From NCBI GenBank assembly GCA_965279515.1, contig CBDIID010000003.1, forward strand, positions 160,001-224,000: DNA of 64,000 nucleotides, read 5' to 3'. The DNA comes from Turneriella sp. (lineage in GTDB: Bacteria > Spirochaetota > Leptospiria > Turneriellales > Turneriellaceae). The position numbers were made by a program, and so were the translations under genes. Shown here one piece after another: positions 36,839 to 47,371 of the stretch. Every line of letters starts with the position of its first letter. Position 1 is the first letter of the stretch. Below the pieces are notes generated by a model that was given only the letters and a program-made list of their open reading frames with translations, made no database searches and was not told the DNA's origin.

Positions 36839-37651
36839 TTAAGCCTTCCGTTCCAGAACGGCAAAGATCGTGTCGCTCAGTGGCGCATGCTCGAGCGCCT
36901 TGCGGTAGAGACGGTTCATAAAACCGATATTGCCGAGGGGAAATCGCTGGGGATGCATACCTTCGGCAAACAGGGCGCGGACAGCAAAACCAAATTGCGC
37001 GCCGACGCGTTTCAAGGCCTTCGGCGAGTAATCGATGGCATGGTCTGTGGGATGGCTTTTATACCATTCGGCACGATGGAAACGAAACATGGGCCCCGTG
37101 GCTGAAGGCAGGGCCAGCAGCAGAAATCCACTGGGGCGTACGAGGCGGGCCAGATGCTGCCAGACTTCTTTTTGCGCGGGCAAATGTTCGAGCACATAGA
37201 ACATGGCCACAACGTCGTATGGCTTTTTATTCTTCTTTTCGTGGTCTTTCGCACCTTTCAGGAAATCCTGCCGCGTGGTTTTCAGGCCGCGCGCGTTGGC
37301 GTATGTTGCCATGGTCTTCGAAATTTCCCAGCCACGTACGATGAAATCCTCATCTTGCATTGCTTTCAGGAAATAACCCGCCGCGGAACCAATTTCGAGC
37401 ACCTGGGGGTGTGTGGTTGGGGAGAAGAGATTTTTTACTTTCTCATAGCGATGCTGGTTGCGTTCAAGAATCGCCTGCCGGTCAGCCATGTACGATTTGC
37501 CGTATTGTGCTTTGTATTCCTTGTCGAAGTAGTCGCTTTCGTAGCGAACCGCGCGATAAGCGAGATTGATGACAAGGCGATCGTTAGGGCATACGGCGAA
37601 CGAGGGGTTATCCAGCGTCTTGAGATTTTCACCGCAAATGGGGCAGGTCAC
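36839..37651 (-). CDS. Class I SAM methyltransferase
   Basis: VLEIGSAAGYF, VLEHL, N-terminal CPIC. Confidence 0.85.
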   Translation of the reverse strand: MTCPICGENLKTLDNPSFAVCPNDRLVINLAYRAVRYESDYFDKEYKAQYGKSYMADRQAILERNQHRYEKVKNLFSPTTHPQVLEIGSAAGYFLKAMQDEDFIVRGWEISKTMATYANARGLKTTRQDFLKGAKDHEKKNKKPYDVVAMFYVLEHLPAQKEVWQHLARLVRPSGFLLLALPSATGPMFRFHRAEWYKSHPTDHAIDYSPKALKRVGAQFGFAVRALFAEGMHPQRFPLGNIGFMNRLYRKALEHAPLSDTIFAVLERKA

Positions 37652-37756
37652 AAGGTTTACGACGGGACTTGAGACACACTGTGAACAAAAAACAAATGGG
37701 CAGGTATGGGGGCTAAAGCGGTTGCATCCGTATAGCGGCTTACCTCCCTGACCGCC

Positions 37757-38599
37757 ATGTCACTTGCAGATATTGCCAAAGCCGCGGGTTCGGTGGCGAG
37801 GCGCTATGCACCCCGCGAAGAAATTTTTCCCCATGGCTCATCCAGCGAAGAGGGTGTCTGTCTCGTGCTGCAGGGCACGGTCGAAGCCTACCAGGGCAAT
37901 GCGGATGATACGACAAGGCCCGTGGCGACTTATACACCCGGCGCGTTTTTCGGTCTTTCTGCCATTTTAGGTATTCCGCGGTTTGAAACTGCCCGGGCCG
38001 GCAATGCCGAAGTCAAGGTACTCTTTCTCAATGAAGCGGACTTCTTGCGTTACCTGCGCGAAGACGGCACGTTCCTTTCGCAGTTGTTTAAGCTGACCCT
38101 GGCCCGCCTGCGGTCGATTCCCGAGCATCTCATCAAAAAGCCCGACGCGGAAATTAAGCCCGATGAGCTGTTTGGTTCAGGGGCGGTTGAGAAGTTTAAG
38201 GAAATCCGCCGCCAGAATCTCGTCGCTCCGGAGTACCTCAATAAAATGCGGAACAAATATGTTTCGGCAGGGAAAAAACTTTTCGACAATGAAAAGGACA
38301 TCGATACCGATGTCTACCTGCTGGTCGAAGGTACAATCGAACAGTACTGGAAAGATGATTCGCTTGTCATTACGCTTGAGCCCGGTGCGCTATTTGGCTT
38401 TCTAAAGGCGGCGGATGACGGCGGCCATGTCTTAACGGCAAAAGCCGGTAAGTCCACCGCCAAGCTGATTGCGCTCGACGATGATATGCTGACGAAGCTG
38501 AGTCATTTGGACCAGAGGCTTGCGTACTCGATCTTTCAGAATATAGTACTTACCATTGCCATTGTGGAGAACCAGATGATCAAGAGGACCGTGCTCTGA
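37757..38599 (+). CDS. Tandem cyclic-nucleotide-binding domain protein
   Basis: Two cNMP motifs (LQGTVE..PGAFFG..PRFETA; VEGTIE..PGALFG). Confidence 0.8.
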   Translation: MSLADIAKAAGSVARRYAPREEIFPHGSSSEEGVCLVLQGTVEAYQGNADDTTRPVATYTPGAFFGLSAILGIPRFETARAGNAEVKVLFLNEADFLRYLREDGTFLSQLFKLTLARLRSIPEHLIKKPDAEIKPDELFGSGAVEKFKEIRRQNLVAPEYLNKMRNKYVSAGKKLFDNEKDIDTDVYLLVEGTIEQYWKDDSLVITLEPGALFGFLKAADDGGHVLTAKAGKSTAKLIALDDDMLTKLSHLDQRLAYSIFQNIVLTIAIVENQMIKRTVL

Positions 38600-38605
38600 A
38601 GCAGA

Positions 38606-39874
38606 ATGGCCTGGGCTTTGAAGTTATGCGTTTGCGTTGTTTATCTTAGTTTAAGTTTTTGCTCACCGCTTTTCGCCGACCTGGCCAACGGCCGCTATCT
38701 GCCCATCGGCGATCGCTCGGCATTTATGGCGAATACAGGCGTTGCCGATGGCCGGGGCTCGATGGCGGTGCTCTTTAATCCCGGGGCGCTGGGTTTTGTC
38801 GAACGCAGCAAAATTTCGCTGAGTGGCAATCTGTATTTCAACCAATGGACCGATTTTGATCCCCTGGTACGCTATGGCGGCGAAAGCCAGAGTGTGCGGA
38901 TCTCTGGATTCAACTCCTTGCCCAATTCTGCTGTGAGTATCTATAAATGGGGCGAAACGACGCTGGCGATATCTGTACTGGTGCCCGAATTCAGTGAAAT
39001 CGGTACGCTGCAGAAAATTGACCTGACAAATTATAAAGCCGTGGTTCAGTTTAACAGCAAGGAACAGGATCTTTGGATCGGGATTACCGTGGCCCGCGTT
39101 TGGCGCGAAAAATACGGGATTGGCCTCTCTGTCTATGGTACGCGTTATGCGCGGCGCTCGGCGATCAGCGTGATTGGCAGCATCGCCTCAGGAGGCTCAT
39201 CGGCCGAACTCACGAGTATCCTCAATATTGAGGGTGCTGCACACAGTGTCGAGAGTGTGCTTGGCGTTTTTGTGAAGCCGGCAGCCTGGTTGGCAGCGGG
39301 GCTTAAATTTGCGCCGCCGGGAATACGCATCAACGGCAGCGGTTCTTATTATGAATCGAGCCGCGCCAATATCGGGGCCACGCAGAATATTCAAACCGAA
39401 GACAGACCGAACATCGGTTATTATTATAGCCGGCCCGCAGAATTGTCGCTGGGTGTGGCGCTGTTTTTCCGTGAAGACCTGCGCTGGTATTTTGACGCCA
39501 ATTTACAGTTTCCGCTTGTTTTTGAGGAATTACCCTCTGCCTCGAGCCGCGGTCTCTATGATTTGCGCCTGACGCCCCGGATTTCAACCGGCCTGGAATT
39601 TCGTATGACCCCGGCGTGGAGTATCCTCTCGGGAATTGCCATACTGCCTTCCGCGGTGCCGGCGCTCGAGCCGCGCTATGCCGGTAGAACAAAGGCGACG
39701 CAGTTTCTCGGCTCAGCGGGTATTATCTACTCAGATGAACATGTCAGAACGGGGCTCGGCGCGTTTTATCTCTACGCAGACGGAGCTCAACAGGTGGATG
39801 CCACACCGGGGAATACCAACCATATACGTTCCATTGCCTTGGGAGCATTACTGACCTCGAGTTATGAGTTTTAA
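38606..39874 (+). CDS. Outer-membrane protein (FadL-like)
   Basis: IGDRSAFMANTGVA...FNPGAL; C-terminal YEF. Confidence 0.65.
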   Translation: MAWALKLCVCVVYLSLSFCSPLFADLANGRYLPIGDRSAFMANTGVADGRGSMAVLFNPGALGFVERSKISLSGNLYFNQWTDFDPLVRYGGESQSVRISGFNSLPNSAVSIYKWGETTLAISVLVPEFSEIGTLQKIDLTNYKAVVQFNSKEQDLWIGITVARVWREKYGIGLSVYGTRYARRSAISVIGSIASGGSSAELTSILNIEGAAHSVESVLGVFVKPAAWLAAGLKFAPPGIRINGSGSYYESSRANIGATQNIQTEDRPNIGYYYSRPAELSLGVALFFREDLRWYFDANLQFPLVFEELPSASSRGLYDLRLTPRISTGLEFRMTPAWSILSGIAILPSAVPALEPRYAGRTKATQFLGSAGIIYSDEHVRTGLGAFYLYADGAQQVDATPGNTNHIRSIALGALLTSSYEF

Positions 39875-39876
39875 GG

Positions 39877-40905
39877 TTAAAACCAGCAACCGGCCTGCAC
39901 CATAAATGCAGTGGCATTGATTTGCAGGTTTCTCGAAGCATCGAGGTTCAGCGTCACCGGGCCGAGCCTGAGTCCGAGGCCGGCAGTGACCTGGTTCGAG
40001 ACCAGAATGGGTTTGAAGGTGGCCGTGTCTTTCAGCACCAGCGTCGCCGTATCGTTGGTGCGGATTGTATCGCTGGCAGTCGCGGTGGATGAAGTCACCG
40101 TAAAATCTCCCGTGACGGTATTTGTCAGCGAAGCGATGCCCGTGTGGATGGAAGTCAGAATGCCCATGCGTCCCGTGAATATCCAAAGGAATGGCTTCGA
40201 GACAATGAGACCTGTCGTCAGGGAGACGACATCCCACTTCAACTTTAATTCGTCGCGGAAGCGGAAATCCCCCCGTGCCGTTGTACCGCTCGCTGCGTCG
40301 CCGTCGGGATCGAATTCGATGTTGCGGATGATATCGCGGAACGAAGCGGTCAGCGTGCCGTGCATGTAACCGATATCGAGCGGCGTAGTGATCGCCGGGC
40401 TGTACCACGCATCGCCGTTCTTTTTCACCTGCCGCGTGAGGGCGACGCCGAGGCTGAACGGCTGCACGGCATAACTGTTCGACGACTGACTGAAGGTTAT
40501 TTCCGGCAGGTAGAATGCGCGAATCTGCAGGGCGAGATTGTCGTTCAGTTTGAATCCGCCGACGATATTGGCCGAGTATAAGATGGATGAATTCAGCCGT
40601 TGTCCCGCGGGAATCCGGTCGGGTTGAATCCACGCCGCAGAGGGTTCGAGCTGAAAGGTTGGCAGCCAGGCTTCCTGGCGCTGCACACCGATCGTCGATG
40701 AGAATGCCGCGGAGTTGACGATGGGCTGGCCCGCAACGGAGGCGAGGCTGTAAAACAGCGCGCCGAGACCGCGGTCGAGCAGAGTCAGCGCCCTCTGCAC
40801 ATTCGCCGCACTGGTATCAAAAGTCGCGTCTGAAACCGTAATCTCAGCACCCAGCCCGGCGGTATACAGGGTCAGCAAGGTCATCGTACGAAAAAATTTC
40901 ACCAT
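39877..40905 (-). CDS. Outer-membrane/surface protein
   Basis: Signal peptide, beta-strands, C-terminal aromatic residue. Confidence 0.6.
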   Translation of the reverse strand: MVKFFRTMTLLTLYTAGLGAEITVSDATFDTSAANVQRALTLLDRGLGALFYSLASVAGQPIVNSAAFSSTIGVQRQEAWLPTFQLEPSAAWIQPDRIPAGQRLNSSILYSANIVGGFKLNDNLALQIRAFYLPEITFSQSSNSYAVQPFSLGVALTRQVKKNGDAWYSPAITTPLDIGYMHGTLTASFRDIIRNIEFDPDGDAASGTTARGDFRFRDELKLKWDVVSLTTGLIVSKPFLWIFTGRMGILTSIHTGIASLTNTVTGDFTVTSSTATASDTIRTNDTATLVLKDTATFKPILVSNQVTAGLGLRLGPVTLNLDASRNLQINATAFMVQAGCWF

Positions 40906-41552
40906 ACGCGGGCCCCTATATAGAAGTTCACCGTAAGGCGTTGCTGTGTTTTCGGAATTTCAATGGCATTGAGTTCGAAACCCAGACCGGCGATCAGGGC
41001 ATCGTCTAAAAATTTCTGGTCGATGCCGGCGCGCAGGTAAAGCGCATACGAGCGGTCGATTTTCGCAAGCGTGTCACGCGCTTCAGGGTAAAGCTCCGAT
41101 GCCTCGTCGAAAGTGAAAGTGCCCAAAGGCGTCAGCGTGCGGTTATAGACCGGAATCTGGAAACCCAGGCCAAAACTCCAGTCGATGCCCCAGTGCCTGA
41201 AAATCTGGCGGAAATCCGCCTTGATTTGCGAATGGCTGGGGTAAAAAAGTTTGCCCTGGTTGTTGCCGTTGTTCGCCGGCAGAACGATATCGTCTGTGTA
41301 CCGCGTGTACTGCGCGCGCAGCGTTACGAGATTGGCATCTTCCCGCCACAATTTCAGGGGCAGGGTAGAGAGGATGGCAAACTCGGCGCCCGCATTCTGT
41401 TTTACAAAATCGTCATTGCTGAGAATTCTGTTAAAGCCCGCGGCGACGGCTACCTGAAACCGGCGTTCAGGCAGGCCGGTATCGGCGCCCAGGCGCAGTG
41501 CGCAGGTAAGTGCCAGGCAAACAGTGAGCGGAATGCGAAACGGAAGCCGCAT
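40899..41552 (-). CDS. Outer-membrane beta-barrel-like protein
   Basis: Signal peptide, C-terminal W. Confidence 0.6.
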   Translation of the reverse strand: MRLPFRIPLTVCLALTCALRLGADTGLPERRFQVAVAAGFNRILSNDDFVKQNAGAEFAILSTLPLKLWREDANLVTLRAQYTRYTDDIVLPANNGNNQGKLFYPSHSQIKADFRQIFRHWGIDWSFGLGFQIPVYNRTLTPLGTFTFDEASELYPEARDTLAKIDRSYALYLRAGIDQKFLDDALIAGLGFELNAIEIPKTQQRLTVNFYIGARVW

Positions 41553-41627
41553 TCGGCTGAGCTTTAAAAACGGCCCGTTGCGGCAAGCTTTGTTATTGAC
41601 GGTGCTGTGCTAAAGTTAAGAGGAAAT

Positions 41628-44600
41628 ATGCGACTGGTACGTCTTTTTTCTGTCTTTTTACTCGCCTCTGCCACCAGCCTATCTGCTCTCGAAATCTTCG
41701 TCAACCGCTCTTATACATCCACTGAAAAGGCACAGGCAACCCTTTATGCTTCGGGCGAGGGCACGCTGTTTCTGCGGCTCTACCGTATCGACAACGTGCA
41801 CGATTACCTCTCTGGCCAGAACAATGCGCATACTGTCGTCGAGAAGAATGAACGCCTGATGCAGCCGGGTTATTTTCTCTGGCGCAGCGTGATCGAAAAT
41901 TTTGAATATTCGCTCTACCAGTTCGCACGCCGTTACATGCGCTCCGACTACCGTAACCGTTTGCGCACCGATCTCGGGCTCGAGAAGTACGCCTTCCCGT
42001 TCCGCGACCGCTTCCCTGAAACGAATCTCTTTGCTCCGCTGGCGTTGCCGATTGTCACCGAGGTGGCGATTCCTGTGCGTGCCCGCCACTGGCAGGCCTT
42101 GAAGCACCAGTTCGGCGACCTCAAGCCCGGCTACTACCTGATCGAAGCATCGCAGGGCCGCCACATCGCGCATTCGCCGTTGGTGGTCTCTGACCTGGCA
42201 ATGGTGGCAAAAACTTCGCCGTACAATGTGCTCATCTATGCGGTGAACCTGACAACGGGGCAACCTGTCGAAAGTGCGACGATCACGGCCTATGCGCGTG
42301 AAAAAGTTAACGAGGCGGAGGTCCATGTGCCGAAGCAGACCTTTGCCCTCAAAGACGGCATCGCCTTCAGTGAAAAAACCGGCTACCTAAAGGACTCACA
42401 GAACACGCTCTATGTGATTCAATCGGGAAAACATTTTGCCTTCTCTGATCTCTATGCGATGGATTCGGCAAAGAATTTATACGAAGCTGCGATCTATTCC
42501 GACCGCCCGGTTTACCGCATCGGCGACACCGTGCAGGTGCGCGCGGTGTTTGTGCGCAAGCAGGCCGCCGCGGCGCATGGCAAGGTCAGATACCAGATCA
42601 AGTCCGGCGACGAAGTGATCCATTCGGGCGAGGCGGATTTATCCCCGGCCGGAAGTCTCAGCTTCCCTTATAAGACGCAAGGCCTCAAGCCCGGTCGTTT
42701 TACGATCCATATGGAACTCGGCGGAGAGACGCATACGGGCAGCTTTCTGATCGAACAGTATAAAAAACCCGAAACCCGCGCGACGATGGTCACAGAAAAG
42801 GCGGTCATCCTGCGCGGCGAGAATGGTATGGCTGAAGTGACGGCGGCTTATTATTCGGGTGAGGCGCTGGCGAAAGCCCCGGTGGAAGTGACGATTGAGC
42901 GGCAGCGCATCAGCTATCCGTGGTGGTATGGTTTTGGCTACGATGAGTATTACGGCGATGCTGACGATTATGGCGGCTGGGAATTTGTCAAAGAATTTCA
43001 GGGCGAGCTCGATGCAAAAGGGAAATTGAAAATCCCGGTTTCGACGGACGGCAAAGACAACGAAGTGTTGCGCGAGGCCGATTTCACGTATCGTATCCGC
43101 GCGAGCGTCAAGGCACAGAACCGCGAAGAGACGCAGGCGAGCACGCGCTTCAAAGTCTACCGCGCGCCGGTAAGCCTCAGGCTTTCGCAGGAGCGCTGGT
43201 ATTTCACACCCACGACGCCGATCGCCTTCAAGGTACTCGCGACGTCGGTATTCGATTCCAAACCCGCGAAGACCGGGGTCAGCGCCGAACTCGTGTTCCG
43301 CCAGTATGATCCTAAGGGTCAGAAATACAATGATGTGCCGGTGACATCGCTGAATCTCGACACGAACGAAGCCGGCGAGGTTTCGGCGGAATTTCCCGCG
43401 CAAAAAAAAGGCGGAGTTTATTTTGTCAGGGTTTCAGCGACACAATCGGGCAGGGCGACGAGTGAAATGCTCGAGACCTATGTCTATGCCGGCAGTGAGT
43501 TTTACGGTGAGAGCGGCGAGACAATTGAACGTCCCGTGAGCATCAGCGCCAACAAGAAACAATATGAACTCTTTGAAACGGCTGAATTCGCCGTGCGCAT
43601 GCCCGTGCAGAAAAAGCTGCCGGTACTCGTGACGATTGAGAACGACCGCATCCGCAAGCATGTTCTGCTGAAAGACAGCGACCCGTCGTTTGTCCATAAG
43701 GAAGAACTCAAAAGCGACATCAGCCCCAATTTTGAAATCAGCGTGACGGCACTCGATTTTGATAAGAACCCGCGGTTCTATTCGGGGCAGGCACAGGTCG
43801 TGCTGCCACCGAAGCACCGCATCATGCGGCTCGAAGTGGTTTCAGACCGTGACCGTTACCGGCCGGGTGAAGAAGCGAATATCGTCGTCAAAGCCTTTGA
43901 CTACAAAAACAATCCGGTCAGCGCCGAATATTCCCTGGGCGTGGTCGATGAAGCCATCTATGCGATCCGGGAAGATTCGCTGAAATCGCTCCCCCTCGTT
44001 TTGAATCCCAAATTGCCATCTTCCGTGGTGACGCACAACTCGCTGGCATTCACCTTTTACGGCTATGGCACGGAAAAGAGTCTCTATGCTCTTTACCGCG
44101 AGCAGATGGCCGAGGCCGCTGCGCTCAGAAAAGGCGAGATGCAAAAGGTGAAGATCCGCAAGAATTTTAAGGATACCGCATATTTCACTGCAACCGGAAA
44201 AACAGGGCCTGACGGCATTGGTAAGTTACGCATTCCCCTGCCCGACAATCTCACCGAATGGCGCATCACGACGCATGCGCATTCAAGCGCCGGCCTCGCG
44301 GGCAGCGAGCGTACAAAACTCGTCGTGGCAAAAGATTTCGCGATGCGCCTCGCGCAGCCGCGTTTTTTGCGCGAGCGTGACGAAGCAAAACTCAGGCTCC
44401 TGGTTTCGAACCAGCTCAAGGAAAAACAAACCGCGACCTTTGAGACGACATTCACAGCGTTAAAACTCGATAAGGAAAAATTTCCGGCGAAGCTCGAAAT
44501 TCCAGCGGGCGAAGAACGTTATGTCGATTTCACGGTGACCGCCCCGTTTTACCCCGCCGACGGCAAGGCGACGCTGCAGTTTATCGCGCGCGCCGAGAAG

Positions 44601-46280
44601 GATAACGATGGCCTCGAAATGACGCTGCCGATTTTACCTTATGGCGTGGAGAATTTTGTCGCTGAGCAAAAGATTTTTGGCGACGACGAGAAGAACTGGA
44701 ATACCCGGCTTGCGCTCGACCGCGATGCCCGGCAGGAACTCGCCGAACTCACAGTGAGTTTTATTCCCGGGGTAGTGCCTTCGATTCTTGAAACACTACC
44801 TTATCTGATCCAGTATCCCTATGGCTGCGTCGAGCAGACACTCTCGACCTTCTTACCCGCGATCTGGGCATCGAAGGCGGCAGAGAAGCTGAAGCTGCCA
44901 TTGCCAGTGAAAACTGCGCAACTGAAAGACATCACCGATCAGGGGCTCAAAAAGCTCTATGGCTACCAGCACGGCGACGGCGGCTGGGGCTGGTGGTCGG
45001 ATGACCCGACGGATATCTATATGACCTCGTATACCCTCTGGGGTCTGAACGAAGCGGCGCTTGCCGGCATTGCGGTCGATAAAAAAGCAATGGCGCGCGG
45101 CGTGAAATATCTCACCGAACAACTGACGCTGCAGACCCTCAAAGATCTCAAAGACAGCTATACGATACACCGCCTGCTGTTTGCGCAGCTGGTCGGTGTC
45201 AACCTTGCGAAAAAATCGCCGGTGGCTGACAAAATCAAAACCGAATGGACGCAGCTTATCGAAAAAGGTTTTAACGAACCCGCGGGTCTGGCTTTAATCG
45301 TGCAGGGCGCTGCCCACGCGAAATGGAAAGATCTGCGCAATAGCGCGCTCACAAAGCTCGTTTCGCTCAAAAAGTCGAATGCGCAAGGCGCCTATTTCGA
45401 ACATCCGAATAAAAATGGCTATTATTGGTACAGCGACCGCGAAGAGACCACCGCGCAGGTTTTAAACGCGCTGCTCGCCGCCGACGTCAAACAGGCCAAT
45501 CTGTCGGAGCGCGAACTGGTCAGCTATCTTATCACGCAGAAAAAGCAACACCGCTGGCGTAGTACAAAACTCTCGGCCCTGATTACAAAAGCTTTCGCCG
45601 AATATGCCGCGAAGACGGGTGAAAAACTGAGCACGGTCAAAGTGGCGGCCGAGGTCGACGGCGCCCGCCGCGACACCGAATACAATCCTAAAAAACCCAA
45701 GGCAGGGGATCTGCAGCTGACGTTTAAGACCAACAGCCGCGATTTAAAGGTGAAGGTCAACCGCTCGGGTTCGGGTTTCTTTCTGGCGCGCGCCGAATGG
45801 AAACACTACCTCAACAAACCGCTGATCGTACCCCGCGAAGGCAGCTTCAAAGTGGCGCGCCGCTTCTTCGGCGTGAATAAAAATCAAAACCAGTATTCGA
45901 AGGGCGAAGCAAAATATCAGTTTAAGCCAGGCGAACTTGTCATGACAGAAATTGATCTCAAGGCCGACAAGGGCAGTGAGTACCTGCTGCTCGAAGACAT
46001 GATTCCTGCGGGCTTTGAGCAGCTAAACGCGAACGAGCTTGCCGACATGGGTGTGCTGCGCTATGACAATTATGCCAACAGCCCGGCGTCGGTGACCCGG
46101 CTCGACGACCGCGTGGGCCTGGCGAAGACGCAGATCGTGAAAGAAAATTTCACGCCGCGCTCGTTCTACCGCGCGGTTTTCCCGGGCAAATACCAGACGA
46201 TGCCGGCGCAGGGCGGCCTCATGTATTATCCCGAAACGTTTGCCTATTCAGCGTCGGATGTCATCACGATTAGCGAATGA
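41628..46280 (+). CDS. Bacterial alpha-2-macroglobulin
   Basis: SDRPVYRIGD, LPDNLTEWR, thioester YPYGCVEQ, DGGWGWW. Confidence 0.93.
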   Translation: MRLVRLFSVFLLASATSLSALEIFVNRSYTSTEKAQATLYASGEGTLFLRLYRIDNVHDYLSGQNNAHTVVEKNERLMQPGYFLWRSVIENFEYSLYQFARRYMRSDYRNRLRTDLGLEKYAFPFRDRFPETNLFAPLALPIVTEVAIPVRARHWQALKHQFGDLKPGYYLIEASQGRHIAHSPLVVSDLAMVAKTSPYNVLIYAVNLTTGQPVESATITAYAREKVNEAEVHVPKQTFALKDGIAFSEKTGYLKDSQNTLYVIQSGKHFAFSDLYAMDSAKNLYEAAIYSDRPVYRIGDTVQVRAVFVRKQAAAAHGKVRYQIKSGDEVIHSGEADLSPAGSLSFPYKTQGLKPGRFTIHMELGGETHTGSFLIEQYKKPETRATMVTEKAVILRGENGMAEVTAAYYSGEALAKAPVEVTIERQRISYPWWYGFGYDEYYGDADDYGGWEFVKEFQGELDAKGKLKIPVSTDGKDNEVLREADFTYRIRASVKAQNREETQASTRFKVYRAPVSLRLSQERWYFTPTTPIAFKVLATSVFDSKPAKTGVSAELVFRQYDPKGQKYNDVPVTSLNLDTNEAGEVSAEFPAQKKGGVYFVRVSATQSGRATSEMLETYVYAGSEFYGESGETIERPVSISANKKQYELFETAEFAVRMPVQKKLPVLVTIENDRIRKHVLLKDSDPSFVHKEELKSDISPNFEISVTALDFDKNPRFYSGQAQVVLPPKHRIMRLEVVSDRDRYRPGEEANIVVKAFDYKNNPVSAEYSLGVVDEAIYAIREDSLKSLPLVLNPKLPSSVVTHNSLAFTFYGYGTEKSLYALYREQMAEAAALRKGEMQKVKIRKNFKDTAYFTATGKTGPDGIGKLRIPLPDNLTEWRITTHAHSSAGLAGSERTKLVVAKDFAMRLAQPRFLRERDEAKLRLLVSNQLKEKQTATFETTFTALKLDKEKFPAKLEIPAGEERYVDFTVTAPFYPADGKATLQFIARAEKDNDGLEMTLPILPYGVENFVAEQKIFGDDEKNWNTRLALDRDARQELAELTVSFIPGVVPSILETLPYLIQYPYGCVEQTLSTFLPAIWASKAAEKLKLPLPVKTAQLKDITDQGLKKLYGYQHGDGGWGWWSDDPTDIYMTSYTLWGLNEAALAGIAVDKKAMARGVKYLTEQLTLQTLKDLKDSYTIHRLLFAQLVGVNLAKKSPVADKIKTEWTQLIEKGFNEPAGLALIVQGAAHAKWKDLRNSALTKLVSLKKSNAQGAYFEHPNKNGYYWYSDREETTAQVLNALLAADVKQANLSERELVSYLITQKKQHRWRSTKLSALITKAFAEYAAKTGEKLSTVKVAAEVDGARRDTEYNPKKPKAGDLQLTFKTNSRDLKVKVNRSGSGFFLARAEWKHYLNKPLIVPREGSFKVARRFFGVNKNQNQYSKGEAKYQFKPGELVMTEIDLKADKGSEYLLLEDMIPAGFEQLNANELADMGVLRYDNYANSPASVTRLDDRVGLAKTQIVKENFTPRSFYRAVFPGKYQTMPAQGGLMYYPETFAYSASDVITISE

Positions 46281-46666
46281 TTTTCAGAGGCGCGGGTTTA
46301 TTACTGGTCTTTGCGGTAAGTTTGTTTGCCGCTAAACCGCGGCTTTACCGCCTTGCTGTCGCGACGCCCGATGGCAAAATCAGCGAGCAGGTTTTGGATT
46401 TACTCGAGCGCGGTTTACCCGGCATCGGGATTTCGGTAGTCAAAAGCCGCGAGCGTTATGCACGTCAGCCGCACCTGCCGGTACCGGTCTGCGAGCGCGC
46501 CGAGTATTACCTGTTCTCGCCCGGTGAAGAACTTTTGGCCATCGGTTGTGTAGAGGATGCTTTTCCTGCCTTAATTATCCCTACAGTGACAAACGCCACC
46601 AAAAGCTATGAAGCCGAGGTTAAAGCGGGGAGAAATCCCACGGTGCTTGCGGGGCGGTTGCGTTGA
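46277..46666 (+). CDS. Hypothetical exported protein
   Basis: ATGA overlap with the A2M gene; signal peptide. Confidence 0.55.
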   Translation: MIFRGAGLLLVFAVSLFAAKPRLYRLAVATPDGKISEQVLDLLERGLPGIGISVVKSRERYARQPHLPVPVCERAEYYLFSPGEELLAIGCVEDAFPALIIPTVTNATKSYEAEVKAGRNPTVLAGRLR

Positions 46667-46669
46667 ATT

Positions 46670-46687
46670 TTCTTGACAAATCAAGAA
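46670..46687 (+). promoter_or_regulatory. Palindromic operator over the -35 box of the toxin-antitoxin pair
   Basis: TTCTTGA-CAAA-TCAAGAA containing TTGACA. Confidence 0.5.
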
Positions 46688-46706
46688 GATTCATGAATTT
46701 TGTGGT

Positions 46707-46919
46707 ATGGCTACGGTCAAATTTGCGACCCTTTTAGAAAAACCTATTAAGGCCAAGCTCACGGCTTACGCGAAAGAATCGAATCAATCCATTTCAGGCA
46801 TTGTCAATGATGCGCTTGACTTGTATTTTAAGCAAAGAATGGTGCGCAGTAATTTCAGGGAAGCTGCCGAACTGGTCATATCGGAAAACCGCGAACTCTT
46901 AACACGGCTGGCAAAATAA
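46707..46919 (+). CDS. RHH antitoxin
   Basis: 70 aa ending ENRELLTRLAK, upstream of doc. Confidence 0.75.
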   Translation: MATVKFATLLEKPIKAKLTAYAKESNQSISGIVNDALDLYFKQRMVRSNFREAAELVISENRELLTRLAK

Positions 46920-46934
46920 GTTTTCACCAGCATA

Positions 46935-47312
46935 ATGCCCGATATTCAATACATCACCATTGAAGAGGCGTTGTTTCTTCATGAACGGTTGATTGCGGAG
47001 TTCGGCGGTTCACCGGGGCTGAGGGATCCGGGACTGCTCGATAGTGCATTACATCGGCCAAGGTCCGGCTATTACGCAACCCTATTCGATCAGGCTGCAG
47101 CACTCCTGCAGAGTCTCGCGCTGAATCATGCGTTTATAGACGGCAATAAACGCATGGCGATTGCTGTTCCTTTTGTCTTTTTGCGCATGAACGGTGTCCG
47201 CATCCATTGTAAGGCTGATGAGGGTGAGAAATTCCTCATTCGCAGCGTCATAGAAGGTAAAACTCCCGTCACGGACATAGCCAACTGGCTCAGAAATCAC
47301 GTGAAAGAGTAA
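46935..47312 (+). CDS. doc: Doc/Fic family toxin
   Basis: GLRDPGLLDSAL, NHAFIDGNKR. Confidence 0.9.
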   Translation: MPDIQYITIEEALFLHERLIAEFGGSPGLRDPGLLDSALHRPRSGYYATLFDQAAALLQSLALNHAFIDGNKRMAIAVPFVFLRMNGVRIHCKADEGEKFLIRSVIEGKTPVTDIANWLRNHVKE

Positions 47313-47342
47313 TTCTATTGACAGCCTCCCCAGTACCAAAAC

Positions 47343-47358
47343 TGGTATGGAATTTGCA
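47343..47358 (+). promoter_or_regulatory. Sigma54 -24/-12 promoter
   Basis: TGGTATGGAATTTGCA (GG-N10-GC). Confidence 0.65.
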
Positions 47359-47371
47359 TGAAGGATAGACC

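Noticed and set aside
41628..46280. Alpha-2-macroglobulin without an adjacent pbpC
   Set aside because: A2M genes unlinked to pbpC are common, so this is not notable alone.
21324..47312. vapBC and Doc-type toxin-antitoxin pairs as markers of a prophage or island
   Set aside because: They are isolated modules between housekeeping genes, with no phage or mobility genes.
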